From assembly GCA_964547415.1 (NCBI GenBank), contig CAZJNX010000002.1:66-64065 (forward strand): 64,000 nt of DNA, in the 5' to 3' direction. The DNA comes from an uncultured Hyphomicrobiales bacterium (GTDB lineage Bacteria; Pseudomonadota; Alphaproteobacteria; Rhizobiales; Amorphaceae). The translations under genes were made by a program, and so were the position numbers. Positions 7,634 to 16,498 of the stretch are shown here, one piece after another (position 1 is the first letter of the stretch; every line of letters begins with the position of its first letter). The notes beneath the pieces are model-generated. The model saw nothing but the letters and a program-made list of their open reading frames with translations, was not told the DNA's origin and did no database searches.

Positions 7634-9224
7634 GCGCGGCGCCGCCCGGCGGGGCGGCGAGCGCAGCCGGCCGGCGGGCGGCCCCTGGAGAACCGGCGGG
7701 CCGCGCGCCGACGGGAGGCCACGGGCACGATGGCGCGACCCGCCGCGAGAGCGAGACGTCGCGGCGCGCCCGGAAGCCCGCCACCCGGAACGCGCCCGCG
7801 CCTGCGGGGTGGTCGGGCGGCCCTCTCCCGCCAACCGGCGCCGCGCGCCGCACGACGGCGCCTTCAACGCGTTGACGCCGTCGCGCCTGCCGGGCGCGAG
7901 CGCCGCCTCGCCCGCGACGCGGCCCCAGCGCCGGCCGGCCGCGGACCAGCCTTCGGACCGGTTGCCGGAGGGCGGGGCGGGGCAGCTCGCGCGCTCCGGG
8001 CGAGGCTCGCCCCACCTCTTCCCCGGCTCGCCGTCCTCACCGGCACGCGGACGGGGCGGTTCGCGGACATCGAGCGCCCGCGGATCGGGCTCCTGACGGC
8101 GTTCGGCTCCTCGAGCGGTTCGTCCGCCACGTTCCGGCGCCAGCACTCGCGGTCACGGCGGTCGGCATCGCCATCGGCTTCGCCGGTGCGCTGGCGGCCC
8201 GACCGCTCCGGCCCCCGTCGTCGCGGGGCTGGCGGCCCTCGCCCTCCTCGTCGGGGCAAGCTTCTCCATCGACGCCATCGACGCGCTCGCGGGCATCACG
8301 TCCTTGCGGTCGGAGCGGCGCGACGGGCCAGTCCCCTTCGCCGAGGCACGATCCGGCTCGGCGGTCGCGGTAGTGGCGGCGCAGCGTGGCGTGCTGGCCG
8401 GTCCCTCGAGGAGCCCACCGCGATCGACGGCCTGCCGGCGCGGCCCTCGCGCCGGTCGAGGCGCCGCCTGCGGGGCCGTCCCGTGGCGGCCTCCCCGCGC
8501 GGCGACACGACGTCGTGCCGGCCGCGGCCGTGACGGTCGCCCCGGGCGAGGACGAGCGGCTGGTCGTCGCCGTGCCCGTGGCGGCGAACGTGAACGGGAC
8601 GTGGGAACGGCTCCGCGCGGATCGACGAGGCGGGAGGAAGCCGGGCTCGCGGCGGTGCGGGGGACGCCGATGATCGCGGAAGCGCGTTCGAGCCGCGCCG
8701 CGCGCCGCACCATGCGGCAATCGAGGCGGGGACGGCGGTCTCGATCCTCGGCGACACCCGGTTCGCGGGCTCATCGCCTTCGGTGTCGTCTCCGACGCCG
8801 CGCCGCGACCCGCCGGGCGGGAACGGGGGTTCGGCCGCACCCGCTCGCCCCCGCGCCCCGGGAACGGGCTGTCGGCGGGCCTTGCGCGCGCTCGCCCCCC
8901 GGGCGCTCTCGCCGCGGCCGGCGCGGCCGCCGCCGCCGTCCTGCGCGAGGGCCGGGACCGCGGTTCCCCCGGCGCCCCCGATCCGCCCCGAACGGTCGAA
9001 AAGAAACACCTTTTCCGCCCTGTGGGCGCGGGAACAAATTCCTCTTCCGGCGCTTGACATTCCTCAGTGAGCGAATGCTCCGCCGGGGCCATCCTGCATG
9101 CGGATGACGGGCTACCTCCTTCAGGGAAGGCGTCCCGTCCGCCGCAGGGGGGAACGGGCCCTCGCCGTGCGACGGCGGGGGCGGGCGGCCGCGCGCCGCC
9201 CCGGGGCCAACAAGGAGAAGCCCC
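7634..9224. other. 1.6-kb stretch without a clean ORF; coding-like segments hop between frames (possible decayed membrane-protein gene)
   Basis: Plus-strand frame 1, 8101-8208: ...AVTAVGIAIGFAGALAARPL. Frame 3, 8211-8410: APVVAGLAALALLVGASFSIDAIDALAGITSLRSERRDGPVPFAEARSGSAVAVVAAQRGVLAG. Frame 1, 8509-8622: DVVPAAAVTVAPGEDERLVVAVPVAANVNGTWERLRAD. All ORF-track entries here are Arg/Pro/Gly-rich and mutually overlapping. Confidence 0.3.
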
Positions 9225-10661
9225 ATGCGCCTTTTCGTCGTGTCGAACCGCGTCAGCCTCCCCGGAAGCCACCGGGCCGGCGGCATGGCCGTCGGGATCG
9301 ACGCCGCCATGGCCTGCCGTGGCGGCGTGTGGGTCGGCTGGAGCGGCGCGCACCCCGAGGACGGCGCTGGCCCCGCGATCCACATGCAGGACGCCGGCCC
9401 CCTCACCTACCTGACCGTCGACCTGCCGGAGGACGCCTTCCGCAGGTACTACACCGGCTTCGCCAACCAGGTGATGTGGCCGGCCCTCCACGGCCGACAG
9501 GACCTCGTCGCCTTCGAGCGGGCGGACCTCTCCGACTACCTGTTCGTGAACCGCCTGTTCGCCGGGATCGTTGCACGGCGCCTCGAGCCGGACGACGTGG
9601 TGTGGGTCCACGACTACCACCTCTTCCCCCTCGCGGAGGCCCTGCGCCGGCGCGGGGTGCGCAACCGGATCGGCTTCTTCCTGCACACCCCGTTCGGCAC
9701 GCCCGCGTCCCTGCGCGCGCTGCCGGTGCGCGGCGCCCTCGCCCGCTGGCTCGACGCCTACGACGTCCTCGGCCTCCAGACCGAGGCGGACGCGGCGGCC
9801 GCCCGCACCTTCCTCGGCGGCGGCCACGACGGCCCCACCGAGCGGCGGGTGTTCGCCGTGCCCATCGGCATCGAGACCCGCAGCTTCGCCGATACCGCCG
9901 CCGCGGCCGCCGTCACCGATCCCGCCCTCGCCACCGCGATGAAGGGGATCGCCCCGGGCACGCCGCTCGTGGCGGCGGTCGACCGGATCGACTACTCCAA
10001 GGGGATCCCGGAGCGGATCGAGGCCTTTTCCCGCTGCCTCGAGTGCGGCGGGGCGGACAGGCCCGTCCTCGTCCAGGTCGCCGTCCCGTGCCGCACGGGC
10101 GTGCCGGCCTACCGGGCCGAGGAGGGGCGCATCGTCGAGGCGCTGAGGGCCGCCCACGAGCGGGTCGGGCCGGAGGCGATCCGGCTCCTGCGCTCCACCG
10201 TGGACCGGGCGAGCCTCGCCGCCCTCTACCGGCGGGCGCAGGTGGGGCTCGTGACGCCGCTCCGGGACGGGATGAACCTCGTCGCCAAGGAATACGTCGC
10301 CGCCCAGGACGGGGAGGACCCGGGCGTCCTCGTGCTCTCGCCCGCGGCGGGCGCGGCGGCGGAGCTGTCCGAGGGCGCCCTCCTCGCCGACCCGGAAGAC
10401 GCCGAGGCGGTGGCCCGCGCCGTGCGGCAGGCCCTCGCCATGCCCCTCGCCGAACGGCGGCTGCGCTGGCGGCGGATGATGGACCGGCTCGAAGCGTTCG
10501 ACGCCACCCGCTGGGCGTCCGACTTCCTGGCGCACCTGTCGGCCGCGCCCGCCGTGCGCCCGGTCCGGCCCCAGCCGCCGGCCGCCGCCGCCCGCCGCCG
10601 GCCCGCCGTCCGCCCCCTGCCGGCCGGGGCCCACCGCGCCCTCGTCTCCCGCGGCGCCTGA
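9225..10661 (+). CDS. otsA: Alpha,alpha-trehalose-phosphate synthase (UDP-forming)
   Basis: AAGGAGAAG Shine-Dalgarno before the start. The sequence MRLFVVSNRVS...GGVWVGWSG...YYTGFANQVMWPALH...VWVHDYHLFPLA...IGFFLHTPF...VDRIDYSKGI...VTPLRDGMNLVAKEY is the GT20 OtsA signature. Confidence 0.9.
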   Translation: MRLFVVSNRVSLPGSHRAGGMAVGIDAAMACRGGVWVGWSGAHPEDGAGPAIHMQDAGPLTYLTVDLPEDAFRRYYTGFANQVMWPALHGRQDLVAFERADLSDYLFVNRLFAGIVARRLEPDDVVWVHDYHLFPLAEALRRRGVRNRIGFFLHTPFGTPASLRALPVRGALARWLDAYDVLGLQTEADAAAARTFLGGGHDGPTERRVFAVPIGIETRSFADTAAAAAVTDPALATAMKGIAPGTPLVAAVDRIDYSKGIPERIEAFSRCLECGGADRPVLVQVAVPCRTGVPAYRAEEGRIVEALRAAHERVGPEAIRLLRSTVDRASLAALYRRAQVGLVTPLRDGMNLVAKEYVAAQDGEDPGVLVLSPAAGAAAELSEGALLADPEDAEAVARAVRQALAMPLAERRLRWRRMMDRLEAFDATRWASDFLAHLSAAPAVRPVRPQPPAAAARRRPAVRPLPAGAHRALVSRGA

Positions 10662-10848
10662 GGACGCCGCCGACTTTCCTCCCCGGCCTCACGAATCCCT
10701 CACGCGCGCCTCACGCCGGGGCGCGCGCGGGCGGTTCGTTCGTCACCGTCACTTGCACGACTGTTGATGACCGAAGGTGAACCGGAATGCCTACCTTCCG
10801 GCGTGGACGGCGAACACTTCCCCGGCAAGGCAGGCGAGGAACACCCAC

Positions 10849-12588
10849 ATGGTCCAGATAATCAGCGACGCCACCGTCACCACGAAACTCACCTTTCGTA
10901 ACGAGACCTATCTCGTTCCGGAAGGCGCCCTCATCGCGGCGCGCGGGCCGAGCATCGACGTCGACGACACGGGCATCACCCTGTTCGTCGACGGCACGGT
11001 GTTCACGGGCAGCGAGGCCATCGGCTACGGCATCCTCGCGGACTTCCCGGTCGAGATCCTGATCGGCGAGACGGGACGCCTCCTGTCCGGCCGCCTCGAC
11101 CGGTTCGACTTCATCCCGGTCGAGCTTGCCGCCAGCGGCAGCAACCTCACCAACTTCGGCGAGATCGCCGGCGCGATCGGCGTGCGGGCCGACGACACGA
11201 ACCGGACGACGATCGTCAACCACGGGACCGTCTCGGCGAACGACGACGGGTTCGCCGCCGCGATCGACGTGGCGAACTCGACGGACGCGACCGTCCTCAA
11301 CACGGGGACCATCGTCGGGGGCAACGCGGTGTTCGGCGGGAACGTCTCGACGCAGCTCGCGGTCTCCAACGCCGGCGAGATCATCGGCTTCGCAAGCGCG
11401 GTCTCCCTCGGCACGGACGGCCATCTCGACAACACCGGCCTGATCGAGGCCGTCCACGGCGACGCCGTCCTCGCGAACGGCGCGACGATCCGCAACACGG
11501 GCACCATCCTCGCCGGCAGCGCGCCGGGTGCGGTGGCGATCCGCTCCGGCGGCGAGGGTGCAGACGACGTCTTCAACGGGGGCACCATCGTCGGCGACGT
11601 GTTCCTCGGTGGCGGCGACGACGCGCTGTCCGGCCCCGGCACCATCGCGGGCCGCGTGGAGGGCGGGACGGGCGACGACATCGTTTCGGGAAGCGAGGCG
11701 GCAGACGACTTCTCGGGCGAGGCGGGCGACGACACGCTCGGGGGCGGCGGCGGCGACGACACCTTGTCCGGCGGCGAGGGGAGCGACCGGATCCGTGGCG
11801 GCGAGGGCGAGGACGCCCTCACGGGCGGGGCGGGGGACGACCGGATCGCCGGTCATGCGGGGGACGACGCCATCGACGGCGGGGCGGGTGCCGACACCGT
11901 GCACGGGGGCGACGGCGAGGATACCCTCGCGGGCGGAGAGGGCGGCGACCGTCTCGCCGGCGGCCGCGGCGACGACGGCATCGACGCCGGCGCGGGGAAC
12001 GATCGCGTCGCCGGCGGCGCGGGCGAGGACATGATCGACGGGGGCGAGGGCGAGGACCAGCTGTTCGGCGGGGCGGACGACGACGCCCTCGTCGGCGGCC
12101 TCGGCGCCGACCGCCTCCTCGGCAACGGGGGCGAGGACGCCCTCGAAGGTGGCGAGGGCGACGACACGCTGGCCGGTGGCGCGGGCGAGGACACCGCCGA
12201 CGGCGGGGCGGGCGCGGACCTCCTGGCGGGAGGATCCGGCGACGACGCCCTCGCCGGCGGCGCGGGGAACGACACGCTCGTCGGCGGCCGCGGCGACGAC
12301 ACGCTGACCGGCGGGGAGGGCGCCGACGTCTTCCGGTTGCGGCCGAACGAGGGGTTCGACGTCATCGCCGACTTCGAGAACGGCATCGACGCCATCGACC
12401 TTTCCGCCTTCGGCCTCGAAGCGCCGTCCCGCCCCTCCCGCCTCTTCCGGGACCCCTTCTCCTTTTCCTTGCGGGACGGGGGCGAGAACGCCGTCGAGAT
12501 CCACCTCGACCGGCTCGGCGGGGAGGGGATCGTCCTCGTCGAGGGCCTCGACATCCGCGCGGTGGACCTGTCCGACTTCATCCTGTGA
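10849..12588 (+). CDS. RTX-type calcium-binding protein: N-terminal beta-helix-like xNxGxI repeats + about 25 GGxGxDxL nonapeptide repeats + C-terminal secretion-signal-like tail
   Basis: ATG 10849 with a GAGGA Shine-Dalgarno. Periodic motifs VNHGTVSA / LNTGTIVGG / SNAGEIIGF / DNTGLIEAV / RNTGTILAG / FNGGTIVGD are followed by a long GGAGDD/GGEGED array. The protein ends ...AVDLSDFIL. Confidence 0.85.
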   Translation: MVQIISDATVTTKLTFRNETYLVPEGALIAARGPSIDVDDTGITLFVDGTVFTGSEAIGYGILADFPVEILIGETGRLLSGRLDRFDFIPVELAASGSNLTNFGEIAGAIGVRADDTNRTTIVNHGTVSANDDGFAAAIDVANSTDATVLNTGTIVGGNAVFGGNVSTQLAVSNAGEIIGFASAVSLGTDGHLDNTGLIEAVHGDAVLANGATIRNTGTILAGSAPGAVAIRSGGEGADDVFNGGTIVGDVFLGGGDDALSGPGTIAGRVEGGTGDDIVSGSEAADDFSGEAGDDTLGGGGGDDTLSGGEGSDRIRGGEGEDALTGGAGDDRIAGHAGDDAIDGGAGADTVHGGDGEDTLAGGEGGDRLAGGRGDDGIDAGAGNDRVAGGAGEDMIDGGEGEDQLFGGADDDALVGGLGADRLLGNGGEDALEGGEGDDTLAGGAGEDTADGGAGADLLAGGSGDDALAGGAGNDTLVGGRGDDTLTGGEGADVFRLRPNEGFDVIADFENGIDAIDLSAFGLEAPSRPSRLFRDPFSFSLRDGGENAVEIHLDRLGGEGIVLVEGLDIRAVDLSDFIL

Positions 12589-12710
12589 GGCGCCCCGCGC
12601 CGGGCTGGCCCCCGCCGCGACGGGATTTTCCCCGCCCCCTTTCTTGTCTAAGGGTGGAGCGCCGGGCGGGGCCCGTCCGGCGCTTCGCCCGCATCGACGG
12701 AGGCTCGCGG

Positions 12711-13187
12711 ATGATCACCGGCGACAGGCGCCCGGCCGCCACCAACCCGTTCCCGCTGCCCGGCGAGCTCGGGTCGGACCTCGCCCGGACGCTGGACTAC
12801 TGGAAGGGCCTCCCGAGGGCCGAGGCGAGGATCCCGTTCTGGGACGACTTGAAGCTGTCGGCCCTCGGGGACGTGGCCGCGCGCACCCTCGTCATCGAGG
12901 TGTTCGACAAGCCCCAGCGCTTCCGCCTCGACATCGTGGGCGAGGAGATCGACCGGGCGACCGGGGGCAGCCTCAAGGGCGCCTTCCCCGACAAGGTGAC
13001 GCGGCCGCCCCACCCGCTCGACTTCCTGCTGGCCCAGGCGAGCGCCACGGTGGAGGCCGGCGCCCCCACCTGGTACCGCAACGCGGTGACGGACGAGGCG
13101 GACGGCGGTGCCTACGCCCGGCTGATGGTGCCCATGTGGGGCGACGGGCGCATCGGCATCATCCTCGCCGCGGTGGAGAAGGGCTGA
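12711..13187 (+). CDS. PAS_5 (DUF1457) domain protein
   Basis: GGAGG Shine-Dalgarno before the start. The sequence MITGDRRPAATNPF...LDYWKGLPRAEARIPFWDDLKLSALGDVAARTLVIEVFDKPQRFRLDIVGEEI...LMVPMWGDGRIGIILAAVEK fits a family common in alphaproteobacteria. Confidence 0.8.
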   Translation: MITGDRRPAATNPFPLPGELGSDLARTLDYWKGLPRAEARIPFWDDLKLSALGDVAARTLVIEVFDKPQRFRLDIVGEEIDRATGGSLKGAFPDKVTRPPHPLDFLLAQASATVEAGAPTWYRNAVTDEADGGAYARLMVPMWGDGRIGIILAAVEKG

Positions 13188-13190
13188 GCC

Positions 13191-14246
13191 TCAGAACACG
13201 AACATTTCCGGCGTCAGCTCGGCCTCGCGCACCCCCTCGAGGAGGATCTCCCCGCCGTTCACCACGATGGCGGCGCCGCGCGAGGTGTCGCGGATCCACA
13301 GGTCGTCGAAGTCCGGGCGGCCGCGGACGCCCGCAAGGTCGATGAGGTCGCGCTGGAGGTCGAAGTCGGTGACGGTGTCCTCGCCGAAGCGGCCGGAGAA
13401 GACGTGGACGTCGAAGCCGCCGCCGCCCGTCAGCGTGTCATCGCCCCGGCCGCCCACCAGGAGATCGTCCCGCGCGCCGCCCGACAGGGTGTCCTCGCCC
13501 CGGCCGCCGCGCAGGGTGTCCTCCCCCGGCCCCGCGGCGATGCGGTCGTGCCCCGCGTGGCCCTTCAGGGTGTCGTTCCCGCGGCCGCCCGAAAGGACGT
13601 CGTCGCCCCGCCGGCCGGCGAGCCAGTCCCGGCCGCCACCGCCCGACAGCCGGTCCGGCCCCCGCCCGCCGTCGAGGTCGTCCGCGCCCGGGCCGCCGAA
13701 CAGGCTGTCGGCGCCGTGCCAGGCGGACAGCCAGTCGCGCCCGCCGCCGCCCTCCAGCCGGTCGTCGTGACGTCCGCCGAACACCTCGTCGTCGCCCGCG
13801 TCGCCGAAGAGGCGGTCGCGGCCCGCGTAGCCCATGATGGTGTCCCGGCCGGCTCCGCCGTGGATCCGGTCGCCGCGCTCGGCGCCGTGAAAGACGTCGT
13901 CACCGCCGGTGATCCCCGCCCGGGCGATCCCGCGCTCCACCGCGCTGAGGCTCGCCACGAGGTCCAGTTCGGTCATGGAGATCATCACGTCCTCGAACGA
14001 GAACCAGGCGATGTCCTCGATCAGGACGCGGATCCCGCGCCCGTCGTAGTTCACCGCATAGTCCGTGATGAAGACGTCTCCCGCCGGGATGAAGCGGTCG
14101 AATTCGTAGACGGCGGTGCGGCCGTCGTCGTCGACCCGGAAGGCGCGGCGGCCGTCGTCGATGAAGACGAAGCCGAAGCGGTCGGCGTCCGGCATCCGCC
14201 AGGACAGGCCGAAACCATAGGCGAGCTCGAATACAGGCATTTCCAC
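13191..14246 (-). CDS. RTX-type calcium-binding protein (about 350 aa)
   Basis: The non-repeat N-terminal domain is followed by about 15 GGxGxD nonapeptides (GGAGRDTIMG, GDAGDDEVFG, GGGGRDWL...). The protein ends ...ELTPEMFVF. The start is GTG 14246 or ATG 14240. It converges on the PAS_5 gene with a 3-bp gap. Confidence 0.85.
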   Translation of the reverse strand: MEMPVFELAYGFGLSWRMPDADRFGFVFIDDGRRAFRVDDDGRTAVYEFDRFIPAGDVFITDYAVNYDGRGIRVLIEDIAWFSFEDVMISMTELDLVASLSAVERGIARAGITGGDDVFHGAERGDRIHGGAGRDTIMGYAGRDRLFGDAGDDEVFGGRHDDRLEGGGGRDWLSAWHGADSLFGGPGADDLDGGRGPDRLSGGGGRDWLAGRRGDDVLSGGRGNDTLKGHAGHDRIAAGPGEDTLRGGRGEDTLSGGARDDLLVGGRGDDTLTGGGGFDVHVFSGRFGEDTVTDFDLQRDLIDLAGVRGRPDFDDLWIRDTSRGAAIVVNGGEILLEGVREAELTPEMFVF

Positions 14247-14331
14247 TCAATGAACGCAAAGTAAAAGCAAGAGCGCGACCGATCGCGACGATGCACCCGC
14301 CGGGCCGGCGGATCAAGCCCCCGGCGCGCCC

Positions 14332-15702
14332 TCAGCCCCTCGGCGGACGGTCGAAGGCGCGCGGGACCCTCGGGGGGGCTGGCTGGCGGGGCCCGTCGAG
14401 GGGCTCGAGCGCGCGCGTCTCGTCGAGGTGGAGGACGGCGTCGAACTGGTCGGGAAGGCGCACGAAGAAATAGTGGCTCATGCGCTCCGTTTCGGGCCGG
14501 TAGACGACGCCGATGGCCCGCTCGAGCCGCGATGGCGACAGGTGGGAGGAAAGCGCCGCCGTCTCGCCCGGGAACAGGAGGAAGGCGGCCGGCTCCGCGT
14601 CCGCGAAGACGCCCTCCACGCTCTCCGCCAGCGCCTCGCGCACGGTAAAGGTCTCGCCCGCCTCGCCCCAGTTCGCCGCGGCCGTCACCGTGCCGCGCGC
14701 CGTCGTCTGCCCGACGAGGAAGGCCTCGCCGCCCCACCGCTCCCGGGCGAGGCTGCCGACGTTCACCTCCCCGGCCTCGCCCATCTCCGTGGCGCGGGCA
14801 TCGCCCACGTGGCTGTTGTGGGCCCACACGACGATGCGGGCGGGCCGCCCCGCCAGCGCCGACAGGTGGGCGTCGAGGGCGGCGAGGGTGTCGGTCATGT
14901 GCCGGTCGCGCAGGTTCCACGACGAGACGCGGCCGGAGAACATGGTCCGCCAGTAGTTCTCGGCGTTCTCCACCACGACGGCGTTGCGCTCGGCGGAGAA
15001 GGCGGCCTCGTCCGCGGCGAGGCCGTCGTGCTCGAGGTGGGCATGGCGGCGGGCGCGCAGGTCCTCGAGGGCGGCGATCACCTCGTCCTCGCAGTCGGCC
15101 CTGAGCCCGAGGACGACCGCGCGCCCGTAGGCCTGCCCGTCGCCCGACAGGCCGTGGTCGAGGCAGCCGTAATGGCGGCGGGCACGGGCGGCGGCCTCCG
15201 GGTCCACCCGGTCGAGGTAGCCGATCACCGCCTCCATGGAGGCGCCGAGGCTGTAGATGTCGAGGCCGTAAAAGCCCGCCCGGGCCGCCTCGGGAAGGCG
15301 CCGGTTGTGTTCCCTCAGCCAGTCGAGGAAGTCGGCGACCGCGTGGTTGCGCCACATCCACGCCGGGAAGCGGCGGAAGCCCGACAGGGCGTCGGCGGCG
15401 TCGCGGATCGGCGGGCCGACGCCGCGCACGTAGGCGTTGGCCCGCCAGGCGTCGGGCCAGTCGGCCTCGGCGGCGACGGCGCAAAAGCCCTTCTCGACGA
15501 TCAGGCGGCGCGTGAGGGCGGCCCGGAGACGGTAGAATTCCTCCGTGCCGTGGGTGGCCTCGCCCACGAGCACGAATCGCGCATCCCCGATGGCCTCCAT
15601 CAGCGGGTCGAGGTCGCCCTCGCGGCCGAAGATCGGGCGGGCGGCCCGCCCCACCATGCGGGCGAGGTGCTCCCTCGCCCCCGCATGGCGGCGCTCGCTC
15701 AT
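14332..15702 (-). CDS. Erythromycin esterase family (PF05139-like) protein
   Basis: ATG 15702. The sequence MSERRHAG...ARFVLVGEATHGTEEFY...GFYGLDIYS...VVWAHNSHVGDARAT... fits the family. The longer 732-aa ORF is an artefact that runs into the upstream gene region. Confidence 0.85.
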   Translation of the reverse strand: MSERRHAGAREHLARMVGRAARPIFGREGDLDPLMEAIGDARFVLVGEATHGTEEFYRLRAALTRRLIVEKGFCAVAAEADWPDAWRANAYVRGVGPPIRDAADALSGFRRFPAWMWRNHAVADFLDWLREHNRRLPEAARAGFYGLDIYSLGASMEAVIGYLDRVDPEAAARARRHYGCLDHGLSGDGQAYGRAVVLGLRADCEDEVIAALEDLRARRHAHLEHDGLAADEAAFSAERNAVVVENAENYWRTMFSGRVSSWNLRDRHMTDTLAALDAHLSALAGRPARIVVWAHNSHVGDARATEMGEAGEVNVGSLARERWGGEAFLVGQTTARGTVTAAANWGEAGETFTVREALAESVEGVFADAEPAAFLLFPGETAALSSHLSPSRLERAIGVVYRPETERMSHYFFVRLPDQFDAVLHLDETRALEPLDGPRQPAPPRVPRAFDRPPRG

Positions 15703-16367
15703 GCCGTCCCCGCCACCGCGGCGAGCGGGCCAAGCGTGCGCGCGTCGGCGAGAAGGCCCATCACGTCCGCGTCGGTGGTCCCGGAGAAGTCCCGGTAGAA
15801 CCAGCCGACACCGCGGAAGACGTCCGGCACGTGCAGGCACACCACTTCGTCCACCACCTTGTCGAGCGCCTCCACCGCCTGCCAGGAGGCGACGGGCGCG
15901 GCCGCCACGATCCGCAGCGGCCCCGCCTGCGCGAGGGCGGCGACGGCCGCGCGCATGTCGGCCCCGCTGGCGATCCCGTCGTCGACGACGATGGCCGTCC
16001 GCCCCGCGAGTTCCGGCCGCCGCCGGTCCTCGCGGTAAGGCGTCGAGCGCCGGGCGAGGTCCGCCCGTTCGGCCCGTTCCAGCGCGTCCGCCGTCCCGGG
16101 TGCGATGGCGAGGCCCGTGATCGCCCCGCCGTCCAGGACCGTGACCGGGCCGTCGGCGATGGCGCCCGTGGCGAGGCGCGCCCGCCCCGGCACGCCGGGC
16201 GTGTCGACCACGAGGACGTCGAGGGGAAGCCGCAGCCGCCGCGCGAGCGCGTGGGCCACCGGCACGCCGCCCCGCGGCAGGGCGAACACGACCGCCTCCT
16301 CCCCGGCCCCGAGATGAACGTGGTCGGCGAGCCGCTCGCCCGCTTCCCGCCTGTCCCTGAACAGCAT
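15699..16367 (-). CDS. Phosphoribosyltransferase-family protein
   Basis: MLFRDRREAGERLA...VVFALPRGGVPVA...TAIVVDDGIASGADMRAAV contains a PRPP-binding loop. The stop overlaps the esterase start (ATGA at 15699-15702). Confidence 0.85.
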   Translation of the reverse strand: MLFRDRREAGERLADHVHLGAGEEAVVFALPRGGVPVAHALARRLRLPLDVLVVDTPGVPGRARLATGAIADGPVTVLDGGAITGLAIAPGTADALERAERADLARRSTPYREDRRRPELAGRTAIVVDDGIASGADMRAAVAALAQAGPLRIVAAAPVASWQAVEALDKVVDEVVCLHVPDVFRGVGWFYRDFSGTTDADVMGLLADARTLGPLAAVAGTA

Positions 16368-16498
16368 CGTCCGCCTCCCGCTTCGGCCCGGGACCGTGCT
16401 TCCCGGCGTTTGCGCGAGGTTCGCATCGGCGGGACGAAAGGATTCTGAGAAAGCGCAAGACGGGGACGACTTCGCTCACGAGGGCGCCCTTGTCGGAC

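Noticed and set aside
10700-10848. An EcfG-type promoter upstream of the large RTX gene (GTGAACC...CGTG around 10776-10806).
   Set aside because: The spacing between GAAC and the nearest CGT(G) is about 19 nt, and the -10 lacks the TT. It is too far from GGAAC-N16/17-CGTT to report.
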